From an uncultured Candidatus Saccharibacteria bacterium (GTDB lineage Bacteria > Patescibacteriota > Dojkabacteria > SC72), in contig CAZUDZ010000002.1 in NCBI GenBank assembly GCA_964618765.1, positions 66,129 to 130,128 on the forward strand: DNA of 64,000 nucleotides, given 5' to 3'. The number at the start of each line of letters is the position of its first letter. Within the stretch, counting starts at the first letter, position 1. The notes below the pieces were generated by a model. The model was not told the origin of the DNA, did not search any database, and saw only the letters and a list, made by a program, of their open reading frames with translations. A program made the position numbers and the translations under genes. Positions 39,405-49,211 of the stretch are shown in pieces.

Positions 39405-40271
39405 ATGGAAATTCTTGATGGGAAATATGTCTCTAAAAAAATATTGGATGAGATATCTACTAGGGTAGAAAATATTTCGATGAATGGCGAAAAAGTTCCT
39501 CGTCTTGATTTGATTTTGGTTGGGGATGATTTTGGAAGTGTTCGGTATGTCAAAATTAAAGAAAAAACAGCTAGAGAGTTGGGGATAGCATGTCAAACAC
39601 ACCATCTGGACCAAAGCGTGCATACTAAAGATGTTGTCAACTTAATTGAAACATTAAATACTTTTAATGAGACAGATGGTTTGATGGTTCAATTACCACT
39701 TCCAGACAGTATAGATACAAATCTTGTTTTAGAGAGTATTAACCCACAAAAGGATGTTGATGGTCTGACCTCAGTAAATTTAGGTAGACTTTTTCAGAAA
39801 GATTCAAGAGCTATCCCTCCAGCCACACCATTAGGAATAATGAGACTTCTTGAAGAGTATGGTATTAAAATCTTTGGAAAAAAGGTTATCATATTAGGTT
39901 CTAGTAATATTGTAGGGACACCTTTGGCTGCAATGATGTTAAGAAAGAATGCTACAGTGACAATATGTAATTCTAAAACAGTTAACATTAAGGAGATTGC
40001 AAAGAGTGCTGACATATTAGTTTCTGCTACAGGAGTTCCACTTTTAGTTAATTCTGAGTTTCTAAAGAAGGATGTTGTTGTCGTAGATGTCGGATCAAAC
40101 AGGCATCCTGAAACGGGTCAATTAGTTGGTGATGTTAACTGGGGGGATGTACAGGGGGTTCCTTCTTACATTACTCCAGTTCCTGGGGGAGTTGGTCCAA
40201 TGACTGTTGCTTCTTTAATGTTAAATTTAATGAATTGCTATGAAAAAAATACAGGACAAATTGATAGATGA
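39405..40271 (+). CDS. folD: Methylene-THF dehydrogenase/cyclohydrolase
   Basis: ILDGK, YVKIK, VQLPLP, KDVDG, TPVPGGVGPMT. Confidence 0.97.
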   Translation: MEILDGKYVSKKILDEISTRVENISMNGEKVPRLDLILVGDDFGSVRYVKIKEKTARELGIACQTHHLDQSVHTKDVVNLIETLNTFNETDGLMVQLPLPDSIDTNLVLESINPQKDVDGLTSVNLGRLFQKDSRAIPPATPLGIMRLLEEYGIKIFGKKVIILGSSNIVGTPLAAMMLRKNATVTICNSKTVNIKEIAKSADILVSATGVPLLVNSEFLKKDVVVVDVGSNRHPETGQLVGDVNWGDVQGVPSYITPVPGGVGPMTVASLMLNLMNCYEKNTGQIDR

Positions 40272-41490
40272 TCTTTTGCAAGAAGAAAAGAAAAGACAAT
40301 TAGAAGGTTTAGAACTGATTGCTTCTGAAAACTATGTCTCGGAATCAGTCCTGCAATGTATGGGATCTATTCTAACTAACAAGTATTCTGAAGGATATCC
40401 TTCTAAAAGATATTACAAAGGGAACGAGTATGTGGATGAGATAGAAAGAGAGGCAATCCAAAGAGCTAGAGAGCTGTTTAAGGCAGAGCATGTTAATGTT
40501 CAACCATACTCAGGCTCTCCTGCTAATTTGGCTGTCCATTTCGCTCTTTTAGAGCCTGGTGAGAAAACCTTAGGAATGGCTTTAGATGCAGGGGGACACC
40601 TTACGCATGGATTTAAGGTATCCATCTCTGGCAAGTACTTTAACTCTGCTAGTTACGGGGTTAATGATGAGGGATATATTGATTACAATGAGGTTTTAAA
40701 GATTGCAAAGGAACATAACCCTAAGTTAATTTGGGCAGGATTCTCTGCATACTCTCGAATTATTGATTGGAACCAGTTTAGGAGAATAGCAGATGAGGTT
40801 GGTGCATACTTAGTAGCGGATATCGCACATGTAGCTGGATTAATTGCGGCGGGTCTCTATCCATCTCCAGTAGGTATTGCAGATGTCGTTACTACAACAA
40901 CCCACAAGACTCTCAGAGGGCCTAGGGGAGCCATAATTATGTCTACAGATCAGTTAGGTGAGAAAATAGATAAGGCAGTATTTCCAGGCCTTCAGGGAGG
41001 CCCACACAACCATATAACCGCAGCTATAGCTGTAGCTTTAAAGGAGGCAAACACAGAGGAATTTAGAAGATATTCTGAACAGGCAATTAAGAATGCAAAA
41101 GTTCTTTCAGAGGAACTATCTAGATTAGGATACAGTATTGTTTCTGGAGGTACAGACAACCATCTCTTTCTTGTAAATCTGATGAAATCCAAGAATATGG
41201 GAGGAATAGGGGGAGAAGAAGCCTCCTCTGTGTTAGAAGAAGCAAACATTACAGTAAACAAAAATGCTATCCCTAATGATCCAAGAAAACCGTGGGATCC
41301 ATCAGGGATTAGAATTGGTACTCCAGCACTAACTACTAGAGGAATGAAGGAAGCTGAGATGGTGAAGGTTAGTGGATATATAGATACGGTTTTGAGAAAC
41401 AGAGATAACAAGAAGGTAGTTAAAGAAATGAGAGAAGATATTAAAAAGTTTGCATCTAAATTCCCTATACCGGGTATTAAATTAAACTAA
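40240..41490 (+). CDS. glyA: Serine hydroxymethyltransferase
   Basis: LELIASEN, NKYSEGYP, GGHLTHG, TTTTHKTLRGPRG, SGIRIGTPA. Confidence 0.98.
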   Translation: MKKIQDKLIDDLLQEEKKRQLEGLELIASENYVSESVLQCMGSILTNKYSEGYPSKRYYKGNEYVDEIEREAIQRARELFKAEHVNVQPYSGSPANLAVHFALLEPGEKTLGMALDAGGHLTHGFKVSISGKYFNSASYGVNDEGYIDYNEVLKIAKEHNPKLIWAGFSAYSRIIDWNQFRRIADEVGAYLVADIAHVAGLIAAGLYPSPVGIADVVTTTTHKTLRGPRGAIIMSTDQLGEKIDKAVFPGLQGGPHNHITAAIAVALKEANTEEFRRYSEQAIKNAKVLSEELSRLGYSIVSGGTDNHLFLVNLMKSKNMGGIGGEEASSVLEEANITVNKNAIPNDPRKPWDPSGIRIGTPALTTRGMKEAEMVKVSGYIDTVLRNRDNKKVVKEMREDIKKFASKFPIPGIKLN

Positions 41491-43092
41491 TTGAGCATGA
41501 AATTAAGCTTTAGAAAAGATTTACACATCGCAACACTTAAGTCCGAGTCTTCTTGGAACAAGTTCAAGCTTCAAGCACTGTTGCAAAACTGTGAAAGCAA
41601 ACAACCCTCTATCAATGCATACCTTGGAGCAAGGTATAGTAGGTCTGCTGATTCCGTGTTGGATATTGCATCGGAAATAGTAGAGAACAATACTGATGCA
41701 GCAGAAAGGTTAGAAAAGATATTTTCTGGATATGGACACAAGTCTGTGGGAGATATGGCAGAGCTTTTTGTTTGTTTGGAGAATATTCCTATGTATACCG
41801 CTATGAAAGTCTTCTACATGACACCAGTTATCTCAGGACAAGAAAGATCTACAAGGTATCAGAACTTTCAAGATCCTAACTTTGTGAAAATCCCGAAAGA
41901 AGTATGTGATGATTATGAAGTAAGCAGAGAATATGAAAGGATAATGTTAAAAGAGATGAAAGATTACAGAGAGTTGTTAGGGACTACCAAAGATGCTCTT
42001 AAAAAGCATTTTAGGATAAATGAAGAAAGTCCCCAGGAGCTGTCTGCTCTGAAGGCTAGGTCATTTGACGTTGCTAGGTATCTTCTGCCATATGGTCTTA
42101 GTACAAGTGCAGCTTACCTCACCTCTGCAAGGAGTTGGTCAGATTTAATTAGTTTTATGTGTGCTAGTGACACGGTAGTTGAAAATGAGATATCTGAAAT
42201 GCTACTTAATCTACTAGGAGAATCTAAACTGGATGCGAGGGGATATATTAGAGAGGCAGATGGATTAATTAGACATACGGATGCAAACTGTTGTAGAAAA
42301 GCATCCACAGAGAAGATATTGCAGTATTTGAGAGAAGATATCTCTTACGAGCAAATAACTGATATCCCTGAGAATGAGAGTGATGCAGTTGGGATAGCAT
42401 ACTCTCCTGATTGTATGGAATCACTAATCTCTCACTATGAGTATTTAATAAATCCTTTAGGATCTAAAAAGGAATTCGAGTTTTCAGAAGAGGACCAAGA
42501 GAAGCTAGGAGAGATGATCTTTGAAACTCATGATCATCACAATCAGCTAGGAAATATTGGTCAATCTGGCGCTATAAAGATAGAAGGATTCGCAAGTTTA
42601 GGAACATTAAAAGATTTAAATAGGCATAGAAGTATGGAAAGATTCATACCTCTTTTACATGACGAAATAGATATGAACAGCGAATTAGATAGAAGGGATG
42701 ATCAATGTTTCTACCTATGTAACCATCTAGAAATAAATTCGCTCTCCAAGCTTAAGAAAGAGTATATAAAAAGATTAGTGGAAACATATCAACTGATTAG
42801 AGAGTGGAGAAAATTAGCAAAAAACCATCTCTCCAAGGAGGTATGTGATGAATTTACTAAGTATTTACTTCCTCATGCACATGCGACAAAGTATATTTTT
42901 TACGGTTCTTTTGATGATTTACAGTATGTGATTAATTTAAGGACAAGAAATGGTGGGCATATTGCATACAGGGTTCTAGTATATGAATGGTTAAAGAATC
43001 TTAATTACTTGGATCCGATATGGAGACCTCTTTTAAGGAAGATTGTAGAGCCTAAGGTCGATGACAAACATCAGTTTGTAGATAGAAGCTAA
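41491..43092 (+). CDS. thyX: Flavin-dependent thymidylate synthase, tandem two-domain form
   Basis: YGHKSV, QERSTRY, DVARYLLP; second domain DLNRHR, NLRT...GH; between glyA and dcd (start may be ATG 41497). Confidence 0.85.
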   Translation: MSMKLSFRKDLHIATLKSESSWNKFKLQALLQNCESKQPSINAYLGARYSRSADSVLDIASEIVENNTDAAERLEKIFSGYGHKSVGDMAELFVCLENIPMYTAMKVFYMTPVISGQERSTRYQNFQDPNFVKIPKEVCDDYEVSREYERIMLKEMKDYRELLGTTKDALKKHFRINEESPQELSALKARSFDVARYLLPYGLSTSAAYLTSARSWSDLISFMCASDTVVENEISEMLLNLLGESKLDARGYIREADGLIRHTDANCCRKASTEKILQYLREDISYEQITDIPENESDAVGIAYSPDCMESLISHYEYLINPLGSKKEFEFSEEDQEKLGEMIFETHDHHNQLGNIGQSGAIKIEGFASLGTLKDLNRHRSMERFIPLLHDEIDMNSELDRRDDQCFYLCNHLEINSLSKLKKEYIKRLVETYQLIREWRKLAKNHLSKEVCDEFTKYLLPHAHATKYIFYGSFDDLQYVINLRTRNGGHIAYRVLVYEWLKNLNYLDPIWRPLLRKIVEPKVDDKHQFVDRS

Positions 43093-43128
43093 AGAATTAA
43101 AAACAAATTAAATTTAAAAAACTAGATT

Positions 43129-43695
43129 ATGATTCTTTCAGATAGAACAATTAAGGAGAAGGTTAAGAGTGGACAGATAGTTATAGAGCCTTTCTCAGAA
43201 GAGTTTTTACAGCCTGCCTCCTATGATTTACACTTGGATAAATATTTCTTGGTTTTTAATAGAGAGAATGTTGCAATTGTAGATGTCAAAGATAAGCCTA
43301 AGGATTTAATGAGGGAGATAGAAGCTAGTGAGAAGGAGGGATTTATTCTTCATCCTGGTGAGTTTGCGCTTGCTAATGTTAAAGAAATAACTGGAGTAGA
43401 TAGTGGGCATGTCGGAAGACTAGAGGGAAAGAGTTCTCTGGGCAGGCTAGGCTTGATAGTGCATGCAACTGCAGGGTTCTTAGATCCAGGAAATAAGTTA
43501 AGATTAACTCTAGAACTAGCCAATGTTTCTCCACTTCCAATTAGAATCTATCCTGGGATGAAAATAGCACAGATAGCTTTTGAAACACTGGATAGGGAGT
43601 GTAAGAGACCATACGGCAGTAAAGAGCTAAATAGTAAATATACTGGCGATTTGAAAGTAAGAGGAAGTGAGATGTGGAGAAATTTCAAAAAGTAG
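43129..43695 (+). CDS. dcd: dCTP deaminase
   Basis: MILSDR, QPASYDL, GKSSLGRLG, AGFLDPG, TLELAN. Confidence 0.95.
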   Translation: MILSDRTIKEKVKSGQIVIEPFSEEFLQPASYDLHLDKYFLVFNRENVAIVDVKDKPKDLMREIEASEKEGFILHPGEFALANVKEITGVDSGHVGRLEGKSSLGRLGLIVHATAGFLDPGNKLRLTLELANVSPLPIRIYPGMKIAQIAFETLDRECKRPYGSKELNSKYTGDLKVRGSEMWRNFKK

Positions 43696-43748
43696 TAGAA
43701 GTCTTTAATTAAAAATGATTACCCTTCTAATTCTCTCCTCTTCCAGCT

Positions 43749-45098
43749 CTACATCAGAGGAGGTGCAGGAGGAATATCTTCTGTGTTCCCATCGTCTTGT
43801 TGCTGATTGATGTTTCCTGGGACAGGAGGGTAAGGATTTGGTTCTACCGTAGGAGTACTCCCCATATTTAGATCTGGGAAATTATTTTGCTGATTAGGAG
43901 GTATTATTCCTGGAGCGTCTGTAGGAGGAGAAGTTCTTTGCATTTGACCAATCTCCCTGTCTATACTTCCTTGAGATTCATAATCGGGCTGTACAATCGA
44001 AGGATTATTTCGCATGTATATTTCAGGGTTCTCAGGAGGAGTTTGAGGGGGTTCTTGTGGAATATTTTGTGCTACTGGTGGATTACCCATTTGCTCGGAA
44101 GGAGGCATTGCCCCTGTGTTTAGATTAATACTAGGATTAAATGGTGTATCTTGGATACCTTGTGACTCTGGAGGAGTAGCACCTCCCTCTCTCTTAAGAA
44201 TTTCTTGCAAATCATCCTCTTGTGTCTCTGGAGCAATGTTTGCTACGGGTTCTCTCTGTTGTGGTGGTACTTGAGGAACATTTTGTTCAAAAGGAAATTG
44301 TGAAGGCTGTGGAGGTTGAATGTCTCGATAGGTTCCTGTTTCTACAGGAGCAGATTGTGGGACTTCCTTATTAACCATATTTCTCAACGTTGGTTCCTCT
44401 TTAGAGGCTTCCTGAGGAGAAGATTCTGACTCTTTCGGTTCTTTTGTGGGCTTCTTTTTTGTTAGTAGTATAACAATAATGCTTATTAGTAATATTACTG
44501 AAGCACCTATTAGAATATATGGAAGATATTCTGTAATGTTGTCTAGACTAAAGCCAGATTCAGATGTTGTTGTTATTGCTTGAGTATCTTGAGGAGTTAC
44601 TAGTAAATCATCTTCTACTGGGGTACCCTCCTGTTGTCCTTCTTCTAATGCTACAGCGGTATCCTGCTCGGGGACTCCAATATTAACGACTTCTCCCACG
44701 CTAAGTTCTCCTAGATCTAAAGCCTCATTTTCTAGAAGTTTAAAAGTGTATGATTCCTCAGTAGATGTGAATGAAATAATGGCAAGAACTCCATTGAGAG
44801 CTGTAGGTTTTTCTAACTCACAATTTATTACTGCAATATTGTCATCTTTCCCATCATCAGTAGAGAAAGTAGAACATTCCACATCTCCCTTTGAGATATT
44901 TACCACAGTAACATCACTTGAGAATTCTATGGGAAGGACGATGTTCTCAGCTAGATCAGCTTCTGTGTCTATGTTTATCTTTATTTCTTGTACATCTTGC
45001 TTAGTGTTATCAACCATTTCTATATTTACTGCTGCAAAGGCAGAGAATGGAATTAAAAGCATAAGAAAAGAAACCAAGATGGGATATGTTTTTTTCAT
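43749..45098 (-). CDS. Type I membrane protein: signal peptide, cohesin/Ig-like ectodomain, TM, Pro/Gln-rich cytoplasmic tail
   Basis: MKK...AFA|A signal peptide; beta-rich domain with Cys pair; YILIGASVILLISIIVILL-TKKK; about 235 aa P/Q/N/E-rich tail. Confidence 0.8.
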   Translation of the reverse strand: MKKTYPILVSFLMLLIPFSAFAAVNIEMVDNTKQDVQEIKINIDTEADLAENIVLPIEFSSDVTVVNISKGDVECSTFSTDDGKDDNIAVINCELEKPTALNGVLAIISFTSTEESYTFKLLENEALDLGELSVGEVVNIGVPEQDTAVALEEGQQEGTPVEDDLLVTPQDTQAITTTSESGFSLDNITEYLPYILIGASVILLISIIVILLTKKKPTKEPKESESSPQEASKEEPTLRNMVNKEVPQSAPVETGTYRDIQPPQPSQFPFEQNVPQVPPQQREPVANIAPETQEDDLQEILKREGGATPPESQGIQDTPFNPSINLNTGAMPPSEQMGNPPVAQNIPQEPPQTPPENPEIYMRNNPSIVQPDYESQGSIDREIGQMQRTSPPTDAPGIIPPNQQNNFPDLNMGSTPTVEPNPYPPVPGNINQQQDDGNTEDIPPAPPLM

Positions 45099-45174
45099 AA
45101 TTAAGGCAGTTTATATTATCTTCTCTAAGATTATCATGCCAGATTTGCAATATCAATAGTAATTCGAAGTTAAG

Positions 45175-45203
45175 TTGACTTAATTCTTTTCTAAATATAC
45201 ACT
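45175..45203 (+). promoter_or_regulatory. Sigma-70 promoter of the Lon-like AAA+ gene
   Basis: TTGACT(45175-45180)-N17-TACACT(45198-45203). Confidence 0.75.
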
Positions 45204-45229
45204 TTAGTACAAAATTAAATCTGTCCACT

Positions 45230-46495
45230 ATGAACTATCCAAATTACAATTCAGCATTGCCAAGTCAAGATATTAATGCTGTTATAGATGAAAACTTAAA
45301 TGAAGTGTTAGAGTTGGAAAAGAAACTTATCTCTTCGAACACCCCTGAAGGACTTAAGGAAGAGGCTATGAGAGGAATCCAGAGGCTTAAGAGAATGTTT
45401 AGGATGGGAGGGTATAGTTCTGAGTTTGAAACGGTTAATAAGTATATTGATTGGGTTACAAGAATTCCTTGGGGAGTAATAAGTAGAGATAATCTGGATA
45501 TTCAGAATACAAGGAAACTAATGGATGAGAGTCATCACGGTATGGATACCATCAAAGAGCTGATCCTTGATTATCTTGCTACTATGCAATTACAATCTAT
45601 GGGAAGCATAGAGAGAGTTAGGAGAGAGAGTATTCCTTCGCAAATTCCTTATGTTAACTCTGTAGCTTCTAGTGGCTATCAACCTAACCCGCTATCTAAT
45701 TCTAGTCAGTTTACAAATTTTGAGCTTAAGAAAGATGAGGCAGCAATACTAAAAAGTTCTTCAGCAAATGCTCCTGTATTCCTGTTTGTTGGACTTCAAG
45801 GTGTAGGTAAAACGTCTATTGCGAAATCTATTGCAAGCTCTATGGGGAGAAAGTTTGCAAGAGTTTCCTTAGGTGCAATAGGTGATGTGAGGACTCTTAG
45901 AGGGACTCCAAGATACTCAGCTGACTCAGAACCAGGTCAAATTATAAAGGCTTTGATAAGATGCGGTACTATGAATCCCGTTATTCTTCTTGATGAGATT
46001 GAGAAATCTAGTGGGGAGAAAGGTTTGTTAAGTGATGTAATGGCTGTTCTCTTAGAGATTTTAGATCCAGAACAGAACTCTAGTTTTGTAGATCATTATA
46101 TAGATTATCCAGTTAACCTCTCACAGGTCTTTTTTATTTGTACTGCAAACAACCTAGGCGGTTTATCTGCTGCACTTTTAGATAGGGTTGAAGTTATTCG
46201 CTTTACAAGTTACTCGGATCAAGAAAAAGAGGTTATTGGTAGAGAGTATATTCTTCCCAAAGTATTGGAGAACTTAAATATATCTCCTGATTATATTAAA
46301 ATAGAGGATGAAGTTTGGCCATTGATCATAAGACCAGTGGGGTTTGATGCAGGGATAAGGCAGTTAGAAAGGAATGTTACAACTATTGTAAGAAGTGCAG
46401 CGAGGATGATAGTAGAGGGAAAGCCCTTGCCAATAATTATTAATAGTGGGAACTTAACCCAATATGTACTTGCAGATCAGGGCCCTCTAAGTTAA
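45230..46495 (+). CDS. Lon-type AAA+ ATPase lacking N-terminal and protease domains
   Basis: YIDWVTRIPWG, HHGMDTIKELILDYLA, GLQGVGKTS, LLDEIEK, LLEILDPEQNSSFVDHY, ALLDRVE, AGIRQLER; ends before any Ser-Lys protease domain. Confidence 0.88.
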   Translation: MNYPNYNSALPSQDINAVIDENLNEVLELEKKLISSNTPEGLKEEAMRGIQRLKRMFRMGGYSSEFETVNKYIDWVTRIPWGVISRDNLDIQNTRKLMDESHHGMDTIKELILDYLATMQLQSMGSIERVRRESIPSQIPYVNSVASSGYQPNPLSNSSQFTNFELKKDEAAILKSSSANAPVFLFVGLQGVGKTSIAKSIASSMGRKFARVSLGAIGDVRTLRGTPRYSADSEPGQIIKALIRCGTMNPVILLDEIEKSSGEKGLLSDVMAVLLEILDPEQNSSFVDHYIDYPVNLSQVFFICTANNLGGLSAALLDRVEVIRFTSYSDQEKEVIGREYILPKVLENLNISPDYIKIEDEVWPLIIRPVGFDAGIRQLERNVTTIVRSAARMIVEGKPLPIIINSGNLTQYVLADQGPLS

Positions 46496-46507
46496 TCCTA
46501 AGATGTC

Positions 46508-46768
46508 TTAATATCCCTTGAAAGGGTTGATTAATCTTAAAGATGAAACAGCTCTTCTTACTTGAGGGTTTGCTATTCCCTTGCTTATATCAGCCTTATA
46601 TCCTTGTTTCTCTTCTGCCTTACACAGTAGAGAGAGGTCTTCATTAACTTTTTCCTTGTTTAAACTGTTTGTATCTACGGACTCTGTTACAAGATAATCT
46701 GAGATATTTATCTCATTGGTAGGGTAAGCATCTTTCTGTTTGTCTTTAGTATTGTCTTGTTTGTTCAT
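46508..46768 (-). CDS. Small hypothetical protein, last gene of PrgI-VirB4 operon
   Basis: ATG 46768 overlaps the VirB4 3' end (track start 46792); 86 aa. Confidence 0.55.
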   Translation of the reverse strand: MNKQDNTKDKQKDAYPTNEINISDYLVTESVDTNSLNKEKVNEDLSLLCKAEEKQGYKADISKGIANPQVRRAVSSLRLINPFKGY

Positions 46769-49211
46769 CTTCTTTTGACGGATAGCTTTCAATTAATCCT
46801 TGTGGGGTTAAGTGTCCCCTTCCTCTTTGTATATCTTCTCTTGATTTTACAGTCTGTCCAGATACTGTTCCCTCCCTTACTTCATCTAATATCGTCCTTT
46901 CTTTCAGAAACTTCTTTGGATTTAGTTCTCTCTCTTGTTGGTTTAATCTTTCCTGTAGTTCCCTTTGATACTCTTCTCTTTCGCTACTTATCGTATTTTT
47001 TTGTCCTTTTGTTCTTTCTATGGCCTCTTTAATAATGAGATCTTGTCTCTCCATCGTTTTCCCGTCTCTCATAGGTTTCTGTTCTGTTGGAGGATCAAAT
47101 ATCTCAGAAAGTTCAGCAACTGTTCTTGTATCTGTTTGACCTTCTCTTTCCTTCATTTTTGCTAGGTCTCTTGGGTCTGAAGTTATTAGTTCGTGTTCTG
47201 CAACGCTAGAGAGTACCTGTATTCCTACATGGTTTGATCCTGCAAAGAATAGTCCTTGGCCTTGATCGCAGTTAAGTAAGAAGTTCTTCTCTCCGTCTGA
47301 GAGGTTGAATACTTCTTGTAATTTCTCTACAGCTGTAGGGCTTTGCATCATTAGCATTTGTATTGAAGAGTTGGAGATTATTGCTTTGCCCATATCTGTG
47401 TTTAAGAAATCTGCTACATCTTGCGTGATGGTAGAAAGTCCTAAATAGTACTTTCTGGCTCTCTTAGCAATAGAGTACATAAAGTTGGCAGAATCCTCTG
47501 ACTGCATCATATACCAAGCTTCATCTACTATTAGTAATCTTCTCTTTTTCTCCTTCCTGATTTTAGTCCAAATGAAATCAAGCATTAGGTACATCGCTAG
47601 AGGTTTTAGCTCCTCTTGTAGATCTCTTACACTGAAAACTGTAAACGGATTGTTTATTTCGAAGTTACTGGCTTCGTTGAATACACCTGCTCCACTTCCG
47701 ATTATGAACTTTTCTAATCTTCTTGCTAGACCATGGGCTTCTGTTTCGGCCATTCCCTTAAGTACTTTGTAAAGATCTTCTAGCATAGGAGGTGTTTTAG
47801 TTTGTGTATTAGGATCAAATGTAATACCTTTCTCTCTATATGTGAGAATTAATGCTCTATCTAGTATAGAGTTCTCTATGTTTGTCAGTTTACCTAACAT
47901 AACCTTAAAGAATCCTTGAAGAGCCAGTAGCTTCATTCTTAATTCGTCATCGCCCTCTTCTGTTACACCAGAAAGTTCGAATGGATTCATCTTGTTTCCT
48001 TTGTCCTGTGAGAACGATATGTATGCACCATTAACGGCATTAGCGAGGTCTTCGTATTCTCTCTCTGGATCTATTATTAATATCTCTGTTCCAAGCATTA
48101 AGCTTCTTACGGCTTCAAGTTTTACAAAGTAGCTCTTTCCAGCACCTGATTTAGCAAATATCACGGCATTTGCATTTTCCAGTTCAAATCTGTCAAAGAT
48201 TACAAGACTTCTATTATGTAAATTAAGCCCATACATTATCCCATGATCCATTGTTAACTCAGAGGTTACAAATGGAAAGGTTGTAGCAAGAGAGGTAGTA
48301 TCCATGTTTCTTGTTATGTACAGATTGTCCAGTCCTAAAGGTTGTGAACTTACAAAGCCTTGTTCCTGTTGAAGCGTTGCAGGCTTCGCAGTTACATTAA
48401 TAGCGGCAAGTGTTGAGGTTACATTTCTAGAGATCTTCTCTAGAGCTTCTTGGTCTTTTGCGTAGAGTGTGATGTACATAGAAAAATGAAAAAACTTTTC
48501 TGTTCCTTCCGCGATAGAGTCTTGGAGTTGTTGAGCGTCTGAGAGTGCTACCTTTAAAGAAGGGTCTACTACTTTTCTTTCTTCCATCTGGGAGTAGAGG
48601 GATGCTTCCATTTCTCCTATCTTTTTCTTTAACTTCTCTAGAATGGTTTTGTTGTCTACGGGATAATAGAAGGAGCTAATTCTGAGAGAATGTTCAAAGT
48701 TTATTATTGGAGAAAGCCAGTTTGGCCCTACGAATCTTGGATATCCACTTACAAAAAGAGTTTTAAAGAAGTAAGATCCCATTTGGATATTATTGAAGTC
48801 TACCTCTAGATCTATTGGTGCGATGATGTCCTGAATGGACATATCTGGTGGTATTAGGTCATGGGTTTGCTCTCTCTCTGTATCAGTATCTAAAACAACC
48901 TCTTCTTCCTTTTGTTCCTTTTTTGCTTTCTTCTCCTTCTTCTTTCCAACAAGCCCAGCTATCTTATCAAGGGTTTTTATTATGAAGTTCTTTTTTTTCT
49001 TTTTATTTTCTGTAGACTCGGGGTCATTGTATCTATTAAATTTTTCTTTTTCATTGTTTTTCTCCTCTGCCTCTTTTTTAATATTAAGAACTTCCTGTTG
49101 AAGATCGGTGTATTTCTCTCCAGGAGTTTTTAGTTTCTCTTGTTGTTTTGTTAACATCTCCGATGTCTTTGTTTGAAAACTTCGATTGTAGTTGTTATTT
49201 GTTTCGTCCAT
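46746..49211 (-). CDS. VirB4/TraE-like type IV secretion ATPase
   Basis: Walker A AKSGAGKS, IIDPEREY, NPFE, Walker B LLIVDEAW, KRARKY, TITQD. Confidence 0.9.
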   Translation of the reverse strand: MDETNNNYNRSFQTKTSEMLTKQQEKLKTPGEKYTDLQQEVLNIKKEAEEKNNEKEKFNRYNDPESTENKKKKKNFIIKTLDKIAGLVGKKKEKKAKKEQKEEEVVLDTDTEREQTHDLIPPDMSIQDIIAPIDLEVDFNNIQMGSYFFKTLFVSGYPRFVGPNWLSPIINFEHSLRISSFYYPVDNKTILEKLKKKIGEMEASLYSQMEERKVVDPSLKVALSDAQQLQDSIAEGTEKFFHFSMYITLYAKDQEALEKISRNVTSTLAAINVTAKPATLQQEQGFVSSQPLGLDNLYITRNMDTTSLATTFPFVTSELTMDHGIMYGLNLHNRSLVIFDRFELENANAVIFAKSGAGKSYFVKLEAVRSLMLGTEILIIDPEREYEDLANAVNGAYISFSQDKGNKMNPFELSGVTEEGDDELRMKLLALQGFFKVMLGKLTNIENSILDRALILTYREKGITFDPNTQTKTPPMLEDLYKVLKGMAETEAHGLARRLEKFIIGSGAGVFNEASNFEINNPFTVFSVRDLQEELKPLAMYLMLDFIWTKIRKEKKRRLLIVDEAWYMMQSEDSANFMYSIAKRARKYYLGLSTITQDVADFLNTDMGKAIISNSSIQMLMMQSPTAVEKLQEVFNLSDGEKNFLLNCDQGQGLFFAGSNHVGIQVLSSVAEHELITSDPRDLAKMKEREGQTDTRTVAELSEIFDPPTEQKPMRDGKTMERQDLIIKEAIERTKGQKNTISSEREEYQRELQERLNQQERELNPKKFLKERTILDEVREGTVSGQTVKSREDIQRGRGHLTPQGLIESYPSKEDEQTRQY

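Noticed and set aside
45230-46495. lon pseudogene
   Set aside because: Uninterrupted ORF, intact ATPase motifs, good promoter, and no remnant of the missing domains on either side
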